A DNA stretch of 27,695 bases, from positions 1-27,695 of the IMG/VR virus record IMGVR_UViG_3300047560_000223; one strand, written 5' to 3'. The translations under genes and the position numbers were made by a program. Positions 1-7,767 of the stretch are shown here, one piece after another. Below the pieces are notes generated by a model. It was not told where the DNA came from and did no database searches. It saw only the letters and a list, made by a program, of their open reading frames with translations. The stretch is from a virus. Taxonomy: Duplodnaviria; Caudoviricetes. Every line of letters begins with the position of its first letter. Position 1 is the first letter of the stretch.

Positions 1-648
1 GATGAACAATTTATTGGTGACGGAAGCACATCTGACTTTACATTAAATGGCCCAACAACTACAGCGGCAACTATTGTAAGTATTAACGGTGTTGTGCAAA
101 TCCCAACATTGGCTTACTCTATTACTGGTGCAGGTAGTACTACTCTAGAGTTTACAGAAGCTCCGGCAGCAGATGACGTTATTGACGTACGCCGTTTGAC
201 TACTACGCAGACATTACTTGGTGTAGCTAGCCAGAATGGTAAAAACGCATTCCAAACAGATAATAACGGTGTGTACATCTATACTGGTAGCACAGGAAGT
301 AGAATAACAACATCGTGGGACACTGCTGGTAATGAAATTAGTAACAGGGCCAACGTAACTGTAGCAAGTGCTAATACTGCGACTACTATTGTTACGATGG
401 ATGCAACATTGTACCGCTCGGGCAAGTTTGTAATTCAAGCAACACACGGAACCGACTACCAAGTTATGGAAGCGTTAGTAGTGCATGATGGTACTACCGC
501 ATCAGTGGTGCCATATGGTGTTGTGCAAACAAACGGTAACTTAGGTATTGTTTCTGCTACTTACACTAGCGGCAACGTATTACTACAATTCGTTTCTTCT
601 AATACAAGCACTGTTGTGAGAACCAAATCGGACTTCATAACAATTTAA
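1..648 (+). CDS. Virion structural / fibre-associated protein, 5'-truncated
   Basis: Frame 1 is open from base 1 (DEQFIGDGSTSDFTL...VSINGVVQIP), so the listed GTG start at 94 is internal. The GDGST..FTL / INGVVQ.P..AY repeat and the C-terminal YRSGKFVIQ...EALVVHDGT..YG domain resemble structural proteins of large T4-like phages. Confidence 0.7.
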   Translation, partial: DEQFIGDGSTSDFTLNGPTTTAATIVSINGVVQIPTLAYSITGAGSTTLEFTEAPAADDVIDVRRLTTTQTLLGVASQNGKNAFQTDNNGVYIYTGSTGSRITTSWDTAGNEISNRANVTVASANTATTIVTMDATLYRSGKFVIQATHGTDYQVMEALVVHDGTTASVVPYGVVQTNGNLGIVSATYTSGNVLLQFVSSNTSTVVRTKSDFITI

Positions 649-685
649 CATCCTTTTCGGGGAATATGGAACCGGGGAAATATAA

Positions 686-2539
686 ATGGCAAATAAAAAT
701 TTTATAGTACAAAACGGACTTGAGGTAGGTGGCTACACAGTCTTTGCTGGCAACGGCGACATTATTACAACAGGTAATATTACAACAACCGGCGCAGGTA
801 GGATTACATCGGCATCGGGGTACGGCGGTCTAAATGCTGACAAGATATACTCTGGGACTAGTAATGTTTCGGTGACATCTGGTAGCATTTTTGCAAATAT
901 ATCGGGCACTAAAGTCACTGAAGTAACTAGCAGTGGGCTTGCAGTTACGGGGACCGTAACAGTCGGTGAAACCGCACTTGGTACTTCAACAGTTAATACC
1001 GGCACACTAACAGCCGGCACAGTCAACCCTACATATTTAAACGTAGGCAACGATGCTGGTGTTGCCGGGGTCTTATCAGTTACTAACACAACCGAAACAA
1101 CCAACACAACAACAGGTGCATTGAAAGTATCCGGCGGAGCCGCAATTACAGGTAATGCATACGTTGCTAACAACTTATATATCGGTAGCACATCATTTGG
1201 TAAGAGTTTAACTACTCCAACGATTATTGCAGTGGACAATGGCAGTAACTATGCCCAGATTGCAATGATTAACAGTTCTGGTAATGGATCTGCAGACTTC
1301 GCAGCATACGCCGACAATGGCATTGACTCAGCGGGTTGGGTAGACGTTGGTATTGCTGGATCTACGTTCAACGATAGCAACTATAGTATCACTAAACCAC
1401 ATGACGGCTATTTAATTACGCGGCCACTTAATAATACATACGGCGGCAATTTAGTTATCGGTACTAGTGAATTAGGAACAACTAAAGATATTGTATTTGG
1501 TGTTGGTGGATTTAGTGCAAGTAGTGAAGTTGCACGTTTCCATGGAAACGTAAGTACCAGTGGTAAGTTTGGTATCTATTATAATACTCCTAGTATTAGT
1601 ACAACAACTGGTGCGCTAACTGTTGTAGGCGGCGTTGGTATTGGTGGCGACTTAACGGTCCAAGGTAACATCAATGCTTTAAACTTAAACACTGTTTCAA
1701 CACAGCAGTTGAGCGTTACTGCTGGTTTGCTATATTTGCAGTCTAACGTAGTGTATCCGTACAACTATGATATTGGCATGTACGGTCACTTTATTGGCGG
1801 ACCTGCTAACGTCTATACACACACTGGTACTGTGCGTAGTGCTTCTACCGGACAGTGGAGCTTCTTCTCTAACGTTAAGGCGGAACCATCTACAACAGTT
1901 AACTTAACTGACCCAGCATTAATTTGGGACACTATTAAGGTTGGTGGTGTTGTAGTAGCTAACACAACCGCCGCAACAAGTACTACATCTGGCGCAGTAA
2001 CAGTGGCAGGTGGGGTTGGCATTGCTGGCGCGACATATATCGGTGGCAACGGCACAAATGCAATAGTTCATACTGGGCACGTTATCCCAAGTGCTAACTT
2101 AACTTATAACTTAGGTAGTTCTACTGCATGGTACGGAACATTCTACGGTGTTTCTACACAAGCCAAATACGCTGACTTAGCAGAAAACTATCAAGCAGAT
2201 GACAACTATTTGCCGGGCCAAGTATTAATGTTTGGCGGCGACGAAGAAGTTACTATTGCTGAAGCAAATACTATACGAGTTGCTGGAGTTGTTTCTACCA
2301 ATCCAGCACACTTAATGAATGGTCAGCTACGTGGTAACAAAGTTGTTCCTATCGCCCTACAAGGTCGCGTGCCGTGTAACGTTATTGGCCCAATTAGAAA
2401 GGGCGATTTAATGGTTAGTGCTGGATTTGGGTATGCTAAATCTCACAACACGCCAACTGTTGGGCAAGTTATTGGTAAAGCATTAGAAAACTTTACTGGA
2501 TCCAAAGGGGTTATTGAAGTAGTAGTTGGTAGATTCTAA
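686..2539 (+). CDS. Tail fibre-like protein with C-terminal Peptidase_G2-type intramolecular chaperone
   Basis: 617 aa, T/G/N/V-rich, with three TTTGAL.V.GG.GI.G-type repeats. The C-terminus (from about 2162) reads AKYADLAE...VAGVVSTNPA...GRVPC...KGDL...IGKAL...EVVVGRF, typical of the IMC autoproteolytic domain. Confidence 0.75.
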   Translation: MANKNFIVQNGLEVGGYTVFAGNGDIITTGNITTTGAGRITSASGYGGLNADKIYSGTSNVSVTSGSIFANISGTKVTEVTSSGLAVTGTVTVGETALGTSTVNTGTLTAGTVNPTYLNVGNDAGVAGVLSVTNTTETTNTTTGALKVSGGAAITGNAYVANNLYIGSTSFGKSLTTPTIIAVDNGSNYAQIAMINSSGNGSADFAAYADNGIDSAGWVDVGIAGSTFNDSNYSITKPHDGYLITRPLNNTYGGNLVIGTSELGTTKDIVFGVGGFSASSEVARFHGNVSTSGKFGIYYNTPSISTTTGALTVVGGVGIGGDLTVQGNINALNLNTVSTQQLSVTAGLLYLQSNVVYPYNYDIGMYGHFIGGPANVYTHTGTVRSASTGQWSFFSNVKAEPSTTVNLTDPALIWDTIKVGGVVVANTTAATSTTSGAVTVAGGVGIAGATYIGGNGTNAIVHTGHVIPSANLTYNLGSSTAWYGTFYGVSTQAKYADLAENYQADDNYLPGQVLMFGGDEEVTIAEANTIRVAGVVSTNPAHLMNGQLRGNKVVPIALQGRVPCNVIGPIRKGDLMVSAGFGYAKSHNTPTVGQVIGKALENFTGSKGVIEVVVGRF

Positions 2540-2556
2540 TACTGCACAATTACCAT

Positions 2557-2587
2557 AAAAAAGGGGCTTTTGCCCCTTTTCCTTTTT
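2557..2587 (+). terminator. Rho-independent terminator, probably bidirectional
   Basis: AAAAAA-GGGGC-TTTT-GCCCC-TTTTCCTTTTT, starting 18 nt after the stop at 2539. Perfect GC stem with an A-run before and a T-run after. Confidence 0.85.
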
Positions 2588-2590
2588 AGG

Positions 2591-2596
2591 TAAATA
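2591..2596 (+). promoter_or_regulatory. Putative T4-type late promoter core (TAAATA)
   Basis: Lies between the terminator and the ATG at 2619, where transcription would need to restart. Matches the 3' six bases of TATAAATA. Confidence 0.55.
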
Positions 2597-2618
2597 CTAC
2601 AAACTTGGATTTTTACAA

Positions 2619-5600
2619 ATGGCTTTAACTAGACCGCAGTTTAGACAAATCAACACTACTTCAGTATCGACATCGGACCCAATTACGATACTAAACCAGG
2701 GCGCTGCCCAGGCTAACGTAGATGTTGGCTTCTTATTTAACCGTGCAAACGGACTTGTTCCGAACGTTGCATTGTACTGGTGCGAGTCATCGCAAAGTCT
2801 TTCGGTATCCTATACAAACGATTCTGGTCACGCAACAAGTAATATATCTGTTGTATCTTATGCTAACTTAAAAGTTGGGACAGTTGTTGGTAACGTTGTT
2901 GCAAATACTATTTCTGCCGACGGATTCTTTTTTGCAAACGGGGCTGCGTTTACTAGCTATACAGATCTTGATGTTGCAGCATATCTACCATCTGACTCAA
3001 CTATCGTCGGAATCCAAAGTAATATAACTGGGGCAAACGCTGCAATAGTAACGGCTAATACCGCACTAAAATCATATGTTGATGCACAAGACTCTGCTAT
3101 TACTTCTGCATGGACGGCCAACGCACAAGCTGTACAGAGCCAACTAACAGGTGCAAACGCTGCAATTGTTGCAGCCAATTTGATCCAAAGTGGACAAATT
3201 GACACCTTAAAGAGTCAAGTATATACAAACGCTAACGTAGATGCACATTTATCTAGTAGCGGCGCCGGCAATATTACAATTAATAGTGGCGCATTTAATT
3301 TAACTGCTTCTGGTCCTGGGGCAATAACAGTTGGTAGTGCAACAGCAATTCCGGTTATAACAACTGACGCATACGGTCGTATTACGGCCCTTACAACAGC
3401 AAGTGTATCATCGACGCTAAACACATCTGGCACAACAGGCACTGGATCGGTATCACTAACCAATCAAACTTTAACATTTGATGGTACATACGGTGTTACT
3501 GCAACAGCTAGCGGGCAAACTATTACAATTGCTACCCCGCAAGATTTGCGTTCAACATCGTCTCCCACATTTAGCGGATTAACTAGTAACGGAAACACTG
3601 TTGTTAACAGCACAGCTTGGATCAATGGCCAGACTAGAATAACAAATGGTACAGCTAGTAGCAGTACAAGTACTGGTGCATTGCAAGTGTCTGGTGGTGT
3701 TGGCATTGGCGGCGATGTATATATTGGTGGAAACCTTACAGCGGCATCGTTGAATTCGACGACATATACAGCATTGCTTGTTAATTCGTCATTGGCGTAT
3801 TTGCAAGGTAATGTATATCCGTATGACTTTGACATTGGCTTTTACAGTCACTTCCGTGGCGGCCCCGCTAATGTGTACTCACACACTGGTGTTGTTCGTA
3901 GTTCACAGAATGGCTACTATGGTTTCTTTTCTAATGTTAGAAGTGAGCCAGCTGGTACCGTTAACTGGGCAGATTCAGGACTGATTTGGGACACTGTTAA
4001 GGCTGGTGCGTTAGTATTAGCAAACTCTACATCATCAACCAGTACTACAACCGGTGCATTGCAGGTAGCAGGCGGTGCCGGCATTGCAGGCAATGTTTAC
4101 GCAGGAAGTGTTTATACATCTGGGTTATATTGGAGTGCTAACGGTAACGTAATGGCTAGCGGTATTACATTTACCGCAAGTTCAACTGCACCGGCTAGTG
4201 GGAACAAAGGCGATCAGTGGTATAACACAACAAACGATGTGATGTATGAGTACATCACAGATGGTTCAAGCACGTACTGGATTGATACATCGACCCCGGT
4301 TGTAAACGGGTCTAGTGCAGCAGGTATTTCTGCTAACCTAACTCCGGTAGTAAACGGCAATATCTATATTACCGGAAACTTAGTTCCAACATCAAACGTA
4401 ACATACGATCTTGGGTCCCCCACAAATGCATTTAAGAGTTTATTCTTAAGTGGTAACACTATTGTTCTTGGTGGGCACACAATTAAGTCTGACCCAGCAA
4501 CAGGGGCAATCGCGTTCATTCCGCCAGTTACAGTAGCTACTCCGAACCCTATTGCTACAATTTTTAACCCGGCTGGATTAGTAACAACATATACTACCAC
4601 CGGCGGCTTGTTTAACCCTTCAACAGCATTTACGCAAGCCGCAGCAGCAACTAACAGTATTATGCCGTCGTTAAACGTCCAAGGACAAACGACAATTGGT
4701 GGTATTACGAGCATTACTGGTGCTACGACAATTAATGGTTTGTTAACGATTAATGCCGACATTACAACGTCTGGTAAGCTTACTGTAACCAATGGTGTAT
4801 TCTGGGCAAACGGCACAGCATATAGTAGTGGTGGAGGTGGAACATACAGTAACACAAACGTAGCTTCGTATTTGTTAACAAACACAGGTAACATTGCAGC
4901 AGGAAGTATTGCAGCAAGTGGCAAGATAGTAACTACAACTGGTGTATTCTGGGCAAACGGCACAGCATATAGTAGTGGGGCTGGCGGGGGAGGCAGTAGC
5001 GGTACTACAACAAATGCCCTTAGCCTTGGTTACGGGTTAGCCAATGACAGCGATTTACTATATTCGTTTATTCCACCAACAGTTGATACTGCGGACCACT
5101 TAGGGTCGTCGGTTGCAACTAACGGGATCTATACCATTGCGTCTGCACACGGAAGCTCTGCGATATATGTATACCTAAACTCTACTGGTGCGTTGCAATA
5201 TAAGATTTCGGGGGTATCGGGATTTGTGAGTCCGGGACAGGATACTCGCAGCGTTGCGATTAACAGTGCTAACGTTATTGTTGTTAGTGATACACAATAT
5301 GGCAGCTATGGTAGAGCTCAAATTTTTGACATGTCTACATGGTCGGCTTATTCTGGTTCTACTATTACAATTAACTCGGCAACTGCAACTCTAACACCGC
5401 CAGATAGTAGTGGAACATTTGGTCGTGCAGTAGCAATTAGTGATTCGTATATTGTTGTATCAAACCCATCTGCGAATACTAGCGGAAACAACTATGCAGG
5501 TATTGTGTATCTGTATAGCACATCGGGTACATTAAAATATAAGATCACAGATCCAAATGCGTGGGGAACTACGTTAGGCGACGGGTTTGGGGTGTCTGTT

Positions 5601-7298
5601 GCAATCTCTGGCAACAAACTAGTCGTCGGTGCACCGTATGAAGGCGACACTACCTATAGCGGATCGTCGATGGTTGGTAAGGTATATGCATTTAACATTG
5701 CATCGTTCCCTGCCTATTCAGGCTCGGTAGTTACTATATCATCGGCTAACTATACAAGCTATGGATTTGTTATTAACAATCCATTTTCTGAATCACAATC
5801 GCCTGAATTAGGTTATGCAGTTGCAACCGATGGCACCTACATTGCTGCTACAGCAATTAATACAAAAGGTAACGTGCAACCAAACTCTACAACGGTTCAG
5901 TTTGTTGGCGCAGTCTACGTATTTGATGCGTCTAACGGAACATACTTACGTCGAATTAATTCGCCTGCACCTATTACAAACGGTGGCCAGTATTTTGGGC
6001 AGTCTCTTGCTATTAGTGGATCTAATTTATTAATTGGCGAATCATATGGTGATGTGGGATATAACATTTATGTAAGTTCGGCGTATTTGTATAGCACTAG
6101 TGATTGGAAGTTAAAGAAAGTAATTAGTAGTCCTAACGCGGTTGCTGGGCAAGGTGGATACCAGGGCGGCGACTTATTTGGACACTCAGTTGCTATATCG
6201 GGGAACTATGCTGTTGTTGGTGCCCCGTCTGAAACACAAGTTACAGCGCAAAATTGGCCATATGGCAAAGGCGGTGCTGCCTACTTATTCAATGTAAATA
6301 GAACGTTTGACGGTAGTGCAGCTATGACTGTATCGTTAGCACCAACAACAGTTGTTCCTGGCTTATACGGGTTAACTGACGGCAGTTCTTATATTGATGT
6401 TCCTCAATTGCAAATTGACCACTATGGTCGTGTGTTGGGCGCAACACAGCAACGATTTGGAGTTACGCAAGGTATCGACCATGCATTTGGTGCAATCCTA
6501 GTTAATGGATCTGAGGCGTTTACTGCGTCTAGTGTTGATAGTGTTAACTTTGCAGCAGGTACTAATGTAACATTATCAGCTGCAACAAATGGGTCAGGAC
6601 AGAAAACAATCACTATTAACTCAACAGGCGGTAGCGCCGGTGGCGGCGGCGGCGCAAGCAACCCATTTGTTGCAAAAATTGGACCAACAGCTTTGTCATA
6701 CAGTGGTGGCGACACAACATTTACAGCACCTGCTACTGGTAAATTACTAGTGCAAGCGGTTTCGTATAGTGGCGACAATGTTATAGCTGTTGGCGGCCCA
6801 GGTTTGGGCCCATTTGGTCAACTAATGGGGGCACCGATTTACGGGCCAGGCGGCATGACTTATCCGTATTACTCGTATCAATCGATTAATTCTGGCACAA
6901 CAGTTCATGTATCGATGATGTCCGGCGGCAGCGGCACAGTTGATGTTCTAGCATGGACATTAGATTCGGCAACAGATCCAAACGCCCAGCAAGTTTGGTA
7001 TGGCCCATCGAGCGGGTACTCGCCGGATGGAACGTTTATGATGAACAATTCACCACAAATGATGGGCAGTCAATATTGGAGTCAATTTGGGTATTTTTAT
7101 GGTTTGATGTACTCGCAAGGTGGTTCATTGTCTGGATTTACCCCAGCGCCAGGTGTAACTGCACAGTATGACTCGTCGGTGATGATGGTATTACTCAAAG
7201 TTCCGGGCTCGATTTGGGCTTCGGGCGGAGTTATTGGCTCGTCTGCTGGCTACTCTGGCGGATATGGGTGCATGGGTTACTTCTTCGGGAATTATTAA
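2619..7298 (+). CDS. Large mosaic tail fibre/adhesin with FG-GAP beta-propeller
   Basis: 1559 aa. It shares fibre modules with neighbouring genes and has seven (F/L)G.SVA(I/T).G...VVGA-like repeats at about 5090-6295. It is followed directly by a fibre-assembly chaperone gene. Confidence 0.75.
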   Translation: MALTRPQFRQINTTSVSTSDPITILNQGAAQANVDVGFLFNRANGLVPNVALYWCESSQSLSVSYTNDSGHATSNISVVSYANLKVGTVVGNVVANTISADGFFFANGAAFTSYTDLDVAAYLPSDSTIVGIQSNITGANAAIVTANTALKSYVDAQDSAITSAWTANAQAVQSQLTGANAAIVAANLIQSGQIDTLKSQVYTNANVDAHLSSSGAGNITINSGAFNLTASGPGAITVGSATAIPVITTDAYGRITALTTASVSSTLNTSGTTGTGSVSLTNQTLTFDGTYGVTATASGQTITIATPQDLRSTSSPTFSGLTSNGNTVVNSTAWINGQTRITNGTASSSTSTGALQVSGGVGIGGDVYIGGNLTAASLNSTTYTALLVNSSLAYLQGNVYPYDFDIGFYSHFRGGPANVYSHTGVVRSSQNGYYGFFSNVRSEPAGTVNWADSGLIWDTVKAGALVLANSTSSTSTTTGALQVAGGAGIAGNVYAGSVYTSGLYWSANGNVMASGITFTASSTAPASGNKGDQWYNTTNDVMYEYITDGSSTYWIDTSTPVVNGSSAAGISANLTPVVNGNIYITGNLVPTSNVTYDLGSPTNAFKSLFLSGNTIVLGGHTIKSDPATGAIAFIPPVTVATPNPIATIFNPAGLVTTYTTTGGLFNPSTAFTQAAAATNSIMPSLNVQGQTTIGGITSITGATTINGLLTINADITTSGKLTVTNGVFWANGTAYSSGGGGTYSNTNVASYLLTNTGNIAAGSIAASGKIVTTTGVFWANGTAYSSGAGGGGSSGTTTNALSLGYGLANDSDLLYSFIPPTVDTADHLGSSVATNGIYTIASAHGSSAIYVYLNSTGALQYKISGVSGFVSPGQDTRSVAINSANVIVVSDTQYGSYGRAQIFDMSTWSAYSGSTITINSATATLTPPDSSGTFGRAVAISDSYIVVSNPSANTSGNNYAGIVYLYSTSGTLKYKITDPNAWGTTLGDGFGVSVAISGNKLVVGAPYEGDTTYSGSSMVGKVYAFNIASFPAYSGSVVTISSANYTSYGFVINNPFSESQSPELGYAVATDGTYIAATAINTKGNVQPNSTTVQFVGAVYVFDASNGTYLRRINSPAPITNGGQYFGQSLAISGSNLLIGESYGDVGYNIYVSSAYLYSTSDWKLKKVISSPNAVAGQGGYQGGDLFGHSVAISGNYAVVGAPSETQVTAQNWPYGKGGAAYLFNVNRTFDGSAAMTVSLAPTTVVPGLYGLTDGSSYIDVPQLQIDHYGRVLGATQQRFGVTQGIDHAFGAILVNGSEAFTASSVDSVNFAAGTNVTLSAATNGSGQKTITINSTGGSAGGGGGASNPFVAKIGPTALSYSGGDTTFTAPATGKLLVQAVSYSGDNVIAVGGPGLGPFGQLMGAPIYGPGGMTYPYYSYQSINSGTTVHVSMMSGGSGTVDVLAWTLDSATDPNAQQVWYGPSSGYSPDGTFMMNNSPQMMGSQYWSQFGYFYGLMYSQGGSLSGFTPAPGVTAQYDSSVMMVLLKVPGSIWASGGVIGSSAGYSGGYGCMGYFFGNY
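4793..4978 (+). repeat. Exact 39-nt intragenic direct repeat (4793-4831 and 4940-4978)
   Basis: TGGTGTATTCTGGGCAAACGGCACAGCATATAGTAGTGG occurs twice, 147 nt (49 codons) apart, encoding GVFWANGTAYSSG. Confidence 0.95.
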
Positions 7299-7300
7299 AA

Positions 7301-7747
7301 ATGGCTATTTACATTCAACCCAATATAACAACATTTCCAATTGCGGGTGCCTTAACTGGTGAATTAATTCGACAAATGACATGGTGCGGGTTTTCTGCAG
7401 ATACAACTGATGAACAAATTACTGCGGCAGGCTACATTGCAGTATTAGATCCAATTGGCGAGCAACCTGCAGATACGATCTTAGTAGTTAACAAGAGCCA
7501 GTCTGATGAATATACTGCATCATGGATGTCTAATACTGAATACCAACAGATCTTAGATAGTCGTGCAGCATCTGGTTTTGCAAGAACACGCAGAACTCTG
7601 TTATTACAACAATCAGATTGGACACAAGGCAAAGACATTTCTGACGCAGTATCAAATCAGTGGGCTGCATATCGTCAAGCACTGAGAGATATTACATCCC
7701 AGGCAGGCTTCCCACATGCAATTAATTGGCCGCAAAAACCAGAATAA
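7301..7747 (+). CDS. Phage tail fibre assembly chaperone
   Basis: The C-terminal R..LLQQSDWTQ..D......WAAYRQALRDIT.Q.GFP..INWP..PE is the tail-assembly-chaperone signature. The ATG at 7301 follows the upstream stop and is preferred to the listed start at 7214. Confidence 0.85.
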   Translation: MAIYIQPNITTFPIAGALTGELIRQMTWCGFSADTTDEQITAAGYIAVLDPIGEQPADTILVVNKSQSDEYTASWMSNTEYQQILDSRAASGFARTRRTLLLQQSDWTQGKDISDAVSNQWAAYRQALRDITSQAGFPHAINWPQKPE

Positions 7748-7767
7748 GAATTAAGGTAAGTATATAA

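Noticed and set aside
7214-7300. Listed N-terminal extension of the chaperone ORF
   Set aside because: It overlaps the upstream gene by 85 nt and starts at TTG. The ATG at 7301 directly after the stop is more plausible.
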